From: Centroscyllium fabricii
Taxonomy: Eukaryota
Assembly: GCA_051313645.2 (NCBI GenBank)
Contig: JBNRSN020000034.1
Coordinates: 24,056,001 to 24,120,000, forward strand
Direction of reading: 5' to 3'
DNA length: 64,000 bases
This document shows, piece by piece, positions 25,310 through 38,800 of the stretch. The position numbers were made by a program, and so were the translations under genes. The notes below the pieces were generated by a model. It had not been told where the DNA came from, searched no databases, and saw only the letters and a program-made list of their open reading frames with translations. The stretch's first letter is position 1. Every line of letters begins with the position of its first letter.

Positions 25310-26515
25310 TGGCAGTGGGGAGGGCAGTACAGCCAGTCGTGTCCCTGCCCATGGGTACTAGCCCCGGGGGCTGTAAGGGCACTACAGCCAATCGTGTCCC
25401 TGTCCATGGGTACTTTCCCTGGGGCCGTAAGGGCACTACAGCCAATTGTGTCCTCACCCATGGGTACTAGCCCTGGGGGCTGTGAGAGCACTACAGCCAA
25501 TTGTGTCCCTGCTCAAGGGTACTAGCTCCAGGGGCTGTAAGGGCACTACAGCCAATCATGTTCCTGTCCATGGGTACTAGCCCCGGGGGCTGTAAGGGCG
25601 CTACAGCCAATCATGTTCCTGTCCATGGGTACTTTCCCCGGGGCTGTAAGGGCACTACAGCCAGTCATGTCCCTGCTCATGGGTACTAGCCCCGGGGGCT
25701 GTAAGGGCACTACAGCCAATCGTGTCCTCACCCATGGGTACTAGCCCCAGGGCTGTAAGGGCACTACAGCCAGTCGTGTCCCTGCCAATGGGTACTAGCC
25801 CCGGGGGCTGTAAGGGCACTACAGCCAATCATGTCTCATGTATGGGTACAAGCCCCGGGGGCTGTAAGGGCACTACAGCCAATCGTGTCCCTGCCCATGG
25901 GTACTTTCCCCGGGGCTGTAAGGGCACTACAGCCAGTCGTGTACCTGCCCATGGGTACTAGCCCCAGGGGCTGTAAGGGCACTACAGCCAATTGTGTCCT
26001 CACCCATGGGTACTGAACCCGGGGGCTGTAATGGTACTACAGCCAGTCGTGTCCTCACCCATGGGTACTAGCCCCGGGGGCTGTAAGGGCACTAAAGCCA
26101 ATCGTGTCCCTGCTCATGGGTACTAGTCCCGGGGGCTGTAAGGGCACTACAGCCAGTCGTGTTCTTGTCCATGGGTACTAGCCCCGGGAGCTGTAATGGT
26201 ACTACAGCCAGTCGTGTCCTCACCCATGGGTACTAGCCCCAGGGGCTGTAAGGGCACTACAGCCAGTCGTGTTCCTGTCCATGGGTACGAGCCCCAGGGC
26301 TGTAAGGTCACTACAGCCAATCGTGTCCCTGCCCATGGGTACTACCCCGGGGCTGTAAGGGCACTACAGCCAATCGTGTTCCTTTCCATGGGTACTAGCC
26401 CCGGGGCAGTAAGGGCACTACAGCCAGTCGTGTCCTCACCCATGGGTATTAGCCCCGGGGGCTGTAAGGGCACCACAGCCAATCGTGTCCCTGCCCATGG
26501 GCACTAGACCCGAGG
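25310..26515. repeat. Minisatellite, about 59-60 bp unit, about 20 copies
   Basis: Unit GGGCTGTAAGGGCACTACAGCCAATCGTGTCCCTGCCCATGGGTACTAGCCCCG. Confidence 0.96.
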
Positions 26516-27599
26516 GTTAGTAAGTGCGCATGGGTTACGTTCCTCTTTTAATGAAATATAGGAGAGTCAGCACTTGTCTTTTGCTATAATCAATGACCCG
26601 TTGGCACAATCCCATTCTCAGAAGCTCTATGCTCCCACAATTTGCGGTTTGACTGGAGAGAAAGACAGGCATTATCTCAATTTTTGTTAAAAGAAGAATT
26701 TCACCTACTGCCAAGTACACGTTTTAATGGGATGGCTGGATAGTGATAAGGAGCAGGCACTTTGGCTGAGACGAACTAACTCAGCACAGACCACTGATTG
26801 AATCTTAGACCACCTGGTCTGTATGGCTCAGTACCACACTGCATGGCGAATTTGCCCACTGGGCCTTTGGGGGCGCTTATAAGCTAGGGCATTTTTTCCC
26901 TCCTTGAAAGAATCAGACTGTGACAGCAGATAGCTCAAGTGATTGAGTGCTTGAGTCCTGGGACTGGAGCTGACTGCTTGACTCAGTGCTGCACAGACCT
27001 GAATCCTGAGGAGATCCCATGGAGAATTAAATGCTGGTCAAATTGTATCTGCATCTGGCTGATCACAGTCGAAAACTCGACTGCCCAGATAGCCACACCC
27101 GCCCAGCCAGAGAAGAGCAGTCAACAAGAGGCATCAAGAGCAGAAATAAACAAATGTTAAAACACAAAATCAAATCAACAGCAAGTTTAGATTCCTGATT
27201 TAAAAATACGACAGGAGATTGGGGGTGGGGGGTGCGGGAGGAGGCCAAGAGATCTGAGCAGCAATGCACCACACGTAGGCGAAAATGTTTCAATCACAAA
27301 AGGACTCTTCATTCCCTTTGATTGATGAAGGGAGCTGCTGTTATTCAGTGGTCTCCATTTACAACTGGATTTGGTTTCGCAAAATCTGCATTAACTTTTT
27401 TTAACCCGTCCCTGTGGGCTTCTGACCAATTTTGTCATAAAAATTGATTGGGAAATCCTCCAGTTCCTTCCAGCTCTTCCGACCGTCGGTCGTTTCCACA
27501 GCATCGAGGGCTGTCATCGAAGAGCATTTGAGGCGTTTCAAGTATAGACAATCCCGAGTGCCAGCCGGGGCCAGGAAAAATATATTGATTGAAGGAGAG

Positions 27600-28010
27600 G
27601 CATGGAATAAAATGAGAGAGGGACAAAACAGGCGGAGAAATAAAAAGCAAAATGGAGAGAGAGCAAATAGATGAATAGAGAGAAAAAGAGGCTGAGAAAA
27701 ATAGAAGGAAAGAGGGAAAAGAGGGGAAATAGAGAGAAATAGAGAGAAACAGACAGAGACGGGAATGGAGAGAAAGAGCGAGGGAGAAAATATGGGAAAA
27801 AGAGAGGAAAGATACTGGGATAGAGACCGATCGAGAGAGAAAATAAAAAGTAGAGTGCAAGAAAGAGAAGAGAAATAAGGAGAATGAAAGGGAGGAATAA
27901 AATAGAGAAGAGAGAGCAGAAAGATACAGAGACAGAGAGAGGAAATGGAGAAATAAAGAGACTGACAAAAAAAAGAGCAGACAGGAACAGAGAGATAGAG
28001 AGGAATGAAC
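27600..28010. repeat. GA-rich low-complexity tract
   Basis: Polypurine composition. Confidence 0.85.
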
Positions 28011-29719
28011 ACTTAACATGGACGTATCAAATCTCTCTGTCCACTATTTGTAACTCATTTCAAATAAATGGGTTAAGAACTCTTTTGAAATAGCAGAGAG
28101 GAGTTTCATGAGTGCATTAACCATTCGTACAGTATCACACACAGTAATATCTACCCTATATGGAGAGAAAAGAACAAGAGGAAAAGCAGTAAAAGAGGGA
28201 AGTGTTTAGAGAAATAAAGAGAAAGAAAGAATTCTGTTCAAAAGCCGAAGATGTAGATATAGTTAGATTTAGACATAAAAGATATTAAAAAGCAATCATA
28301 CATTTATGTTTGCATTCACACTCACATATATACTCACACACTCATACAGACATGTAAATATGTACATACACACACACAATATATATTTCTGCCTGCAGTG
28401 TCTCCTTGGTTCAGGCAGGCACTATGCCTGCCTTCTTCTGCCAAGCCCTGATCTCGATGTAATGGGGAGCGAGCTCACTGCTCGTCTCGAGCTATCGATT
28501 AGCTGCTACTCTCTTGAAAGATGCTACACTTTCTGCTGCTGTCTAGTTCACAACGGGTAAAAATTGTCCGAACTAATTAATGTCATGAAATGTCAGTTTG
28601 ACATGGCGTGACAGGCTGCCTTTCAGACTCAGCTGCTCGCTGCTATTAGATGATATGAGCATCAGACAACTTTATTCATATGTTCTCCTCCCATCCCTGC
28701 ATTTACTAAAGAGCATTTTCTAGTTAACAATATATTCAGAAATCACATTCGATATATATATTTTTTCACTTTACAGAGCATCTGATCCCTTTACGTTAGA
28801 TCAGCAGTCAGGTTGACAGTATTGCAAGACGTCAAATCCACAAAACTCTTCTCTTCCCGCTCTAGTTGCTGCTTTCCTCTCCTGAATGCAACAACTCTTG
28901 AGTGCAAGGCCCTGGGGCACTTTCCAGTACCTCCTGCAGGCTGGAGGTGCAAGTGAGGTGGGTATCAGGCAAGGGCAGAGTTGGTCCCACATTTGAATAG
29001 CCAGCCGCCACTCACCGCCGCCAGGTCATACGTGAATAAACGGCACCCAGGCGAGGTGCCGGAGGTCACTCAGCACTCCGTGGAAACATTAATGCTGGTT
29101 GGCAGTCAAACCCTCCATGAAAGGGAATGGAGAGAGGGGTAGGGTGAAGACATCTTTTGGCATTACTTGCATTAATGCTGGTGGTTTATGGTTCCCAGCT
29201 GGACTGCTGGGCAAAGCCAGTGCCCACAGCAGAATGTGAGCTTTAAGTCATCTCATCCTACACTAAGAGGATAAAGGGCAGGTGTGTGCCACTTTCCTCA
29301 TCATTGAAGAATCCATGCGGCCACCTTAATATAGACCAATAGATCTTACCACAAACCAATAGATCTTACTACAGACCAGTTAATCTTATTACAAGCCAGT
29401 GGTTCTTACCACAGTCCATTTAATCTTCTCACAGACTAGCAGATCTTACCACAAACCAGCTCACCTCCCTGGTATCATTTTCAAAAGTCCTCCGTATAAT
29501 TAATTTATGGATTTCAAATTTTTTTTTTTAATCATCCTTGTAAATATCCACATAAAATTGATTATCTTTTTCCCTCCCATTCACTCCTTAAGACTGACCT
29601 AAATTTTCCGATTGGAATGCTGATGGGAACCCATTTAAAATGAACGTATTGCCCTCGGTATAACAATTGGAAAACCTCCAGCAATAATTCCTGTTGGAAT
29701 ACAGTTCCATTGGGGTTAG

Positions 29720-30040
29720 TCATCCTGCAGTAGCTTGTCCAAGTGTGAGCCTAGACTGTGCATGTTGATGATAGAGCAACTCATTTAAAGAGGATATCAC
29801 AGCCATGGCTTATCCGGTTCTCACTCAATGTCCATGTTAGAGGCACTGGCTGGTGATCAGGACCAAGAACCCCACGGCTGATCGTTCCCCTCCCTTGGCC
29901 CAGTGAGACACAGAGGCCAACTGCACTGTCCACATCCCCACCCCAACTGAGATTAGCTAAACCAGTACAAACCAGGGATCGAGCTTGGGACCTTGGTGTT
30001 TAACATGGCTCAGGCCCGTATGGCATGGTGCATTTACACA
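29720..30040 (-). mobile_element. LF-SINE-like element
   Basis: CTGAGATTAGCTAAACCAGTACAAACCAGGGATCGAGCTTGGGACCTT is the reverse complement of the LF-SINE head. Confidence 0.7.
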
Positions 30041-30094
30041 CCTGCACTAGAATTGCACCATACACTGGCCTATTATAAGTTGCCTTAAGTTGCC

Positions 30095-30772
30095 TTGCAG
30101 GTGCAGCAGGCGATTAAGGCGGCAAATGGTATGCTGGCCTTCATAGCGAGAGGATTCAAGTACAGGAACAAGGATGTCTTGCTGCAGTTGTTCAGGGGCT
30201 TGGTGAGAGCACACCTTGAGTATTGTGTGCAGTTTTGGGCGCCTTATCTGAGGAAGGATGTTCTTGCCATGGAGAGAGTGCAGCGAAGATTCACCAGGCT
30301 GATACCTGGGATGGCAGGAATGACGTATGAAGAGAGATTGGGTCGGTTGTGCTTATACTCACTGGAGTTTAGAAGAATGAGAGGGGATCTCATTGAAACT
30401 TATAAAATTCTAACAGGACTAGATAGGCTAGATGCAAGAAGGATGTTCCCGATGGCGGGGGAGTCCAGAACCGGGGGTCACAGTCTAAGGATAAGGGGTA
30501 AGCCATTTAGGACTGAGATGAGGAGGAATTACTTCACCCAGAGAGTGGTGAACCTGTGGAATTCTCTACCGCACAAGGCAGTTGAGGCCAATTCATTAAA
30601 TATATTCAAGAAGGAGTTAGATATATTTCTTAAGGCTAAAGGGATCAAGGGATATGGGGAGAAAGCAGGGACAGGGTACTGAGTTTGGATGATCAGCCAT
30701 GATCTCATTAAATGTCGGAACAGGCTCGAGGGGCCAAATGGCCTACTCTTGCTCTTGTCTTCTATGTTTCTA
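30095..30772 (+). mobile_element. CR1 LINE 5'-truncated copy (ORF2 C-terminus at 30095-30682)
   Basis: LVRAHLEYCVQFWAP...LEFRRMRGDLIETYKI...FTQRVVNLWNSLP; TTCTATG tail. Confidence 0.93.
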
Positions 30773-31419
30773 TGCTTGTAATGTGACCTGAGCAGTTAGT
30801 TACAATATAGGTCTAGGTGACCTAAACCAGATAACAATGCAACAGTGACTGTATGTCAAAATGAATTCATTCGTTTTGAAGTGCTTAAGAACATGCAGAA
30901 GACATGATAAGATGCTATGCAAATGTAAGTGCGTCCTTTCTTCTTTAGAAGTGAATCACGTGAGTAAGAGTTTGCCCATAGTGCAAAACGTGGGTCTGCA
31001 TAACAGACTATTGTTTGGTCCAATGTCATTTGAATTTTATTTATTTTTGAGGACCCCCTCCGCTTGCTGACCTGTATCTGGGTGGTCAACTGGCCATACT
31101 TTCCTTTCTGTAAGGTTACAGTGACTTTACCAGATATGAGTTATGTTGAAGAAACATGTTTGAAGTCTGTGCCAATGAGGTCTATACAGGTCAGAGTGAA
31201 CCACACACAGCTGTTGGGACAAGTTAGCTGGCTTCAAGCTGCAAGTCAACTCCATATGGAGCATCATTTAACTAACGGGCGAATGCAGCAGCATTCGTTC
31301 TCAGCTCTTGCTCCTGGCCTGCCTCAATGTGTCGATAAGGTGACCAGGGACAAGTGGGTGGAGGGGTGTGGGGTCTGGATCACAGATCTGGGCACACGCT
31401 ACAGTCACTGTTAATAGCT

Positions 31420-32460
31420 AGAAACATAGAACATCGAAACGTAGGAGCAGGCGTAGGCCATTCGGCCCTTCGAGCCTGCTCCGCCATTCAATATGATCAT
31501 GGCTGATCCGCTATCTCAATACCATATTCCTGCTCTCAATACCATATTCCTGCTCTCTTCCCATACTCCTTGATGCCTTTTGTGTCTAGAAATCTATCTA
31601 TCTCCACCTTAAATATATTCAGTGTCTTGGCCTCCACAGCCTTCTGTGGTAGAAATTCCCACAGGTTCCCCACCCTCTGAGTGAAGAAATTTCTCCTCGT
31701 CTCAGTCCTAAATGTCCGACCCTGTATCCTGAGACCGTGACCCCTCGTTCTCATAGAGTCATAGAGTTTTACAGCACAGAAAGAGGCCCTTCAGCCATCG
31801 CGTCCGTGCCGGCCATCAAGCCCTGTCTATTCTAATTCCATTTTCCTGTATTTGATCCGTAGCCTTGTATGCGATGGCATTTCAAGTTCTCATCTAAATG
31901 CTTCTTGAATGTTGTGAGGGTTCCTGCCTCTACAACCCTTTCAGGCAGTGAGTTCCAGATTCCAACCACCCTCTGGGTGAAAAAGTTCTTCCTCAAATCC
32001 CCTCTAAACCTCCAGCCCCTTACCTTGAAACTATGCCCCCTTGTTATTGACCAAGGGAAAAAGTTCCTTAATATTTACCTTATCTATGGCCCTCATAATT
32101 TTGTACACCTCAATCAGGTCCCCCCTCAGCCTTCTCTGCTCCAAGGATAACAACCCCAGCCTGTCCAGTCTTTCTTCATAGCTGAAGCACTCCAGCCCAG
32201 GTAACATCCTGGTGAGTCTCCTCTGCACCCTCTCCAAAGCAATCACATCCTTCCTATAGTGTGGCGACCAGAACTGCAAACAGTATTCCAGCTGTGGCCT
32301 TACGAGCGTTTTCCACAGCTCCATCATAACCTCCCTGCTCTTATTATGCCTCATGAAGGCATAATACACAAGAACACAAGAAATAGGAGCAGGAGTAGGC
32401 CAATCGGCCAATCGGCCCCTCGAGCTCATTCAACAAGACCATGGCTGATCTGATCCTAAC
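31420..32460 (-). mobile_element. Cluster of 2-3 CR1 3' fragments
   Basis: ORFs 31536-31754 and 32031-32429 carry CR1 C-terminal motifs; separate tails at about 31420, 31753 and 32366. Confidence 0.85.
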
Positions 32461-32479
32461 CTCAATTTTATTTTTACTC

Positions 32480-33670
32480 TCCATCCCACCCAGACCCATG
32501 TGATCACCTGGGAGAGGCGAAAAACCAGATTAAAAAAACCAGTAGCCAATTTGGGAGAAAAAAATCAGGAAAATTCCTCTCCGACCCATCTAGGCGATCG
32601 AAAACTGGTCCAGGAGATCACATGGCCGATCTGAACCTAGCCTCACGTCCACTTACCTGCCCGCTCACCATAACCCCTAATTCCCTTTAATTCCAGGAAA
32701 CTGTCTATCTCAGTTTTAAATTTATTCAACGTAGTAGCTTCCACAGCTCTCTGGGGCAGCAAATTCCACAGCCCCACCACCCTCTGAGTAAAGAAGTTCC
32801 CCCTCATCTCAGTTTTGAAATGGCAGCCCCTTATTTTAAGATTATGCCCCCTAGTCCTAGTCTCACCCACCATTGGGAACATCCTCACTGCATCCACCCG
32901 ATCAAGCCCTCTCACAATCTTATATATTTCAATAAGATCGCCTCTCATTCTTCTGAACTCCAATGAGTAGAGGCCCAATCTACTCAGCCTCTCATCATAT
33001 GTTAGCCCCCTCATCCCCGGAATTAACCTAGTGAACCTTCTCTGCACTGCCTCGAGAGCAAGTATGTCCTTTCTTAAATAGGGACACCAGAACTGCACGC
33101 AGTATTCCAGGTGTGGTCTCACCAATACCCTGTACAACTGCAGCAAGACCTCCCTGCTTTTATACTCAATCCCCTTAGCAATAAAAGCCAACATTCCGTT
33201 GGCCTTCCTGACCACCTGCTGCACCTGCATATTAACTTTTTGTGTTTCCTGCACCAGGACCCCCAGATCCCTTTGCACTGAAGTACTTTCCAGTTCCTTT
33301 CCATTTAGATAATAACTCGCTCTATTATTTTTCCTGCCAAAGTGCATAACTTCACATTTTCCAGTATTATACTCCATCTGCCAAATCTCTGCCCACTCAC
33401 TTAGCCTATCTAAGTCCTTTTGCAGGTTTTTAATGTCCTCCTCATTTATCACCCTCCCTCCCATCTTTGTGTCATCCGCAAACTTTGATATGTTGCACTT
33501 GGTCCCTTCTTCCAAATCGTTAATATAGATTGTAAAGAGTTGGGGTCCCAGCACCGACCCTTGCGGAACACCACTAGTGACTGACTGCCAGTCTGAGAAC
33601 GAACCATTTATCCCAACTCTCTGTTTTCTGGTAGAAAGCCAATCCTCCACCCATGCCAGAATATTACCTT
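32480..33670 (-). mobile_element. CR1 LINE with open RT fragment (32643-33650)
   Basis: SGVPQGSVLGP...YINDL...SKFADDTK...RPHLEYCVQFW. Confidence 0.95.
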
Positions 33671-33849
33671 GAATATTATAATGAAGGCAAGTATCCCATA
33701 TGCCTTTTTAACCACCTTATCTACATGTCCTGCTGCCTTCAGGGATCTTTATTCTAGATCCCCCAGCCAGGGGGAACATCCTCCCTGCATCCAGTCTGTC
33801 TAGCCCTGTCAGAATTTTATACGTTTCAATGACCTCTTCCTGGTCAGCT

Positions 33850-34250
33850 GATACGCAATGCATGGCACAATACCAGTGCCGATGGGGACTAGGCACCTGT
33901 TCAAACTCCAGAGGAAGCCAGTGTGGTCTTCTCCTGTTGTATCTGGGCAACTGATCTTTGTTGAGTCCGTTGATAGTACCCAGAGGGGTCTGATACAGTT
34001 GATATCAATGCCAATGGGCTAGGCTGAAGGAAAACAAAATCAGCTGGAACTCTGGCTCCTGCTCGCAATCCAGTGACCTCTGCTGGAAAGTGCGTGGTCA
34101 TTGAGCTTGGCTGCAATGCCTCCATGGTCAACTAGCTTAACAACACTCACACGCAAAGTGTCGCCATCTAAGCTAGATAAGAGATGTACATGGAACAGTG
34201 CCCCAGCATAAATGGGCACCTTCTGAAGATGAGGCAAGAAAAAGTAAGAA
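33850..34250 (+). mobile_element. LF-SINE-like element
   Basis: AAAATCAGCTGG...GCTCCTGCTCGCAATCCAGTGACCTCTGCTGGAAAGTGCGTG. Confidence 0.65.
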
Positions 34251-34529
34251 GAACTGGGCTAAAAGATAAAACATGGGTTGAATTTTAAGGTAAAATCAGT
34301 GAGGCACAGCACTGCAGAAGCATGCATCAGTGACCTGTACCCAGTTAACACGCCTGATTTGTGGGGCTCCCGATGTTCATCTGATTAAATTCTGTCACTG
34401 GAACTTTGGGACTGCCACTAACCTCCATGTCTGATTCACCAATCCTTGCTCTCCTTGAACAAGGCTCCACACTGGAAGCGAAGCCTCCTTGAACTGACCC
34501 TTTTACATGTAGGCATTAAAGATAGCCAA

Positions 34530-34970
34530 ATAGCTGGCTCAGTCGGTAGTGCTCTTGCCTCTGAATCAGAAGATTCTGGGTTCAAGACCCACACTAGAGA
34601 CCGGAGTACTAAATCTAGGCTGACACTCCAGTGCAGTGCTGAGGGAGTGCTGCACTGTCAGATGAGACATTAAACCAAGGTCTCATCTGCTCTCTCAGGT
34701 GGATGTAAAAGTTCCCATGGAACTATTTCGAAAAAGGGCAGTGGCGTTCTCCCTAGTGTCCTGGCCAACATTTATCCCTCAACCGACATCGCTAGAGCAG
34801 ATTATCTGGTCATTATGTGATTGCTGTTTGTGGGAGCTTGCTGTGTGCAAATTGGCTGCCGCATTTCCTACATTACAAAAGTGACGGCACTTCGAAAGTA
34901 CTTCATTTGTTGTAAAGCGCTTTGGGACGTTCTGAGGCTGTGAAAGGTGTGATATAAATGCAGGGTTTTC
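34530..34970 (+). mobile_element. SacSINE1/DeuSINE-like SINE, full length
   Basis: tRNA-like head, Deu-like core, TGTAAAGCGCTTTGGGACG...ATAAATGCA tail. Confidence 0.82.
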
Positions 34971-35489
34971 TTTCTTTAATACTCATGCCACAAAAACAAG
35001 AAAATGAGATGCAAAGGAAATACAATGAGGCACGTGAAAAGTACAATTGAGAGATGCCAATGGATAAAGGATCAGCCCAAGTATTAAAAACATTGACCAC
35101 AAGACAGAAAGAAAGACGAGAGAGAGAGAAAGGAAAAGGAACAGAAATTAGAAATTCAGATTCGTGCACAGAAAGGAACAAAGAGAGAGAGAGTGACAGA
35201 AAACAGACAGCAACAAGCGATGGTGACAAACAGAAAGGCACAAACAGGAGCGGGAATGAGACAAGCGGAGATGAATAAAGAGAGAACTAGCTGTGGGTAA
35301 AAAGGTTGTTTAGGTGGATGAGAGAACACTTCACAGCAGGATACTTCAAGTAGCTCAACTTAAACATTGGCATGTAATGCTGACATAACGCGAGCAATAT
35401 TCAACACTCTGAAGGCACAAGAATGAACATATGTATCTACCACGAAGCCATTTCAATAGGCTTAGCATTTAGCTTGTTTTTATTGTCAA

Positions 35490-35890
35490 TTTTCTCCTCT
35501 CGTCTCCTCCCCTCTCTTCAGTGTGTTGACTGCTGGTATGGTATGATTCCTAGTTGATGAGCTCCCATCAATATCTCACCCAAATGGCCATTCGGATTTG
35601 TGAGTCTAGACATTGCATGTGGGCAGGCTGTTTGAACACAGCCAGCTAGGCCTATCCTGTCCTTAGCTAATGGTGATACATACACACTACCAGCAGCAGT
35701 AACTGGATAGTGATCAGAAATTGGGCTGATTTCTTCCCCTCTCTATCATAGCAGCACTGAGGCCAATTGTAACACCTGTTCTTACTACCCCAGTTGGGAT
35801 TGGCTAATTCAGCACAGACTAGAAATTGTAACATAAACTTTCTGGTTGGTTTGACTCAGTTACACACTGGCTTTACCAACTGAGCCATCA
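35490..35890 (-). mobile_element. LF-SINE-like element
   Basis: GCACTGAGGCCAATTGTAAC...GCTAATTCAGCACAGAC. Confidence 0.65.
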
Positions 35891-38800
35891 GAATTCAGTC
35901 CCCAAAAATATTTTTTGGCATATACAGCAGGTGCGCGTAGAGTGTCAACTGTTGCCATGGTGACACCAGAATGAAGAGGAGGTAGAGAAAAGCCAATGAA
36001 AGCAGCGGCCCAACCACAGATGGGCCAGCCAGGATACGCTCAGCCAACATTTTCAACACGTTACTGAAAGAGCTTGGGTCAGATAATGAAACTGTAGATA
36101 AGGTGATGCGATCTGACATTCCAACAGACCATCTATTCCACCACTCCCACCTGCTGGACCCGTTCTGCTCTCACTTGCAGTGAACGTAAATGTTTACAAT
36201 GAGTCTCAGAAGGCACTTTTCATTTAACACTTCTAATCTGGGGTCCCAGGAGTCCAGTGTCCATACACGGGCTCCCCACATTACTGTAACTGAAACCAGC
36301 TCCCTTATGCCAGTGACAGAATAGTAGACCCGTTCTCCAGATAAGGGAGCCAGTTTTATCGACATGTTGGACTCCTACAAACCAAACTGCAGAAGTGCTA
36401 AATGCTGGGGCCGTATTTTTAACCAACCTGTACTAATTGGAGGTGGACAGACACAAACTCTGGACGATCCTATGCACGTGTATGGATGTCAAGTGTGAAC
36501 AGGGGACGGGCTCAGCCATGATACCCTAGCTCCTCGAATAGCCTGCTGACATTCACGTAGCAAGAGCCACCACTTGATGGAGGTAGCAGAGGGAACCAGT
36601 GGCCAAGAAACTGTACGCAGGTGAGAGATTCAATGGGCTCAGGGGAGGAGAGAAAATTGAAGGAGAATATTGGAGAGTAAAAGACAATTGCTTCCCATCC
36701 AATAAGGGGAATGAAAGTAATGCAACTCTCCAGCCCAGCACGTGACCCCCTCCCATCTCTCTCTCCATCCCATATTTGGAGTGTCCCCCACAAGTAGATA
36801 CACAGCAATTTAATATTGGATTGGATGTGAGGAAAGAGAGATTTGGGAAGGTTCAGCCTATAAGAAGATAAGGTAAATGGTAGCTTGATGCATAATCATG
36901 TAAGCATGGTCAAGTCACTGGACTCCAACATACATTTTTCCATCATAATAAGTTGTATCCAAACCGTTCTCTCCTGTGTCCCAAGCATCATAATTTGTAG
37001 ATCATCATGGTACTAAGTGAAAGGCTGGCCGCCAGTAAAAGACGTTCCCAATCTATCAAGTCGTTTGCTAATCAATTCATGCTAGTAGTGATTAACAGCA
37101 GACTGTGCTCATGCACGGGCTGCTCACACAGCGACTGGCGAACCGCCAAGGTTAGGCAGGAGAATTGTGCCAGGTGCCATCGCTAGGAACAAGGTGGGGC
37201 CCCCTCACTTGGCCTGTGCTGCACAGAGAGGCCAATTGTCAAAAAAAAGCAACAACAGAAGAAATAGTAAAAGCAGCAAGAAAACACAGAGTAGTGACAG
37301 CATCAAAGTCGGTAAATTTAATTATACGTTTTTCCTGCTAAGAGCGCTAACTCAAGTTGGAGTTTGGTTCTAAAGGTGGTATCTTGCCTAAGTGACTGTT
37401 CTTTATGTGAGAGCCAAAACAGTCAGACTATTTGACTCCACTGGGTGTTACAGTTGAGCCCAATCCTGTTCACACTTGATCCCCAGCCAGCAGGAATCGC
37501 TGGATAGGGAACAAGAGCTGGAGGGACAGTGACTAAATTGTTTTTACCCCTCAACCAACGCCGCCAAAACAGATTAACTGCTCATTACCTCATTACCGTT
37601 TGTGGGATCTTGCTGTGCACAAACTAGTTGCCACGTTTGCCTAAATAGCAACAGTGACTACACTTCAGAAATGATCCATTGATGGGGAAACACTTTAGGA
37701 GGCCCTGAGGATGTGAAATGTGCTGTACAAGTACAAGTCCTTTCTTATTCTTCCCAACCTTGGTACCAGCCTGCACTAGGTCCATAGCCCCTCACTTGGG
37801 TACCCTATTAAAAAAAATGATCTGCCTGGTTTTTTTTCCAGTGTTAGATGGAACATCAACGGATTAGGAATTTCCCAGGTGAGCACAGATGGAGAAATAA
37901 ACCTGTGGGGGAGGGAAAAATCCAATCAAAGCACAGGAAACACTTTGCAGTCATTTTCTGTCATGCAAAAAGCCACTTGTGTGACCTACCAAAACATATT
38001 AAACACCCTTCAAAATATTCTTTCCAAATGTCATGGTCCAATAAGCAATATTGCAAAGCTCCGCTTATTTTCCATGAACTGTTGGTTTCCTAGGAATTAA
38101 TTAGCATCACCTGTGTTAATTATACCAGCAAACCAATCAGAGTCTTTTGCTAATTAGGTTTCCTTCATTAAGGCCGGAAATTGCCATGGTGACAAGTCAC
38201 CTGGGGAAAATTATGAGGTAACAGATACTTGTGCCGATTTAATTTTAAAAAAAAATTAAATTTTTTTTTTTTTTTTAAAGAGCGATACAGCTTGTTTATC
38301 TCTGAAGGGAAAAGAAACACAAATATCCAATTAGGTTTTTTTTCAGACCCTGGGGTTTCCAAACACATTGGACTCTTCTGGCAATTACTAATTTTAATTT
38401 AGAAAACTTTTTGTAATTTGGTTTGTCACTGGATGTTTACAATGCAGCAAAATTCTTTCATCTAGACTTTAACAGCCAGGATTCTAAACAGATGGACAAG
38501 ACCTTCCCCATTGTCTACCCCTAGGATCAGCCATTGCTAATGAGGGACTTTCTCTCAGTTTTTGTGCTTTCAACATGTCCATTATTTTTATATATATATA
38601 TATATACAGTATATCATAATTCTATAACATATTAAAAATCTTGCATCACTCTTCCTGTCAACATTTTACATTCCAAAATTCCAGTGTCCACATTTATAAT
38701 GGGGACTGCCTATGTAAACTTATCACACTGTGATTACACCCTCCTCCTATTGGAGGCACTTCTGTGCTACCACCTGTGTGTTTGCAGAGGCAGTTTGCAT

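Noticed and set aside
25310-26515. CRISPR-like array of hairpin repeats
   Set aside because: No unique spacers, no cas genes, eukaryotic context.
27401-28019. Hydrophobic ORFs of about 200 aa
   Set aside because: Translation of the CT-rich strand of a GA low-complexity tract.
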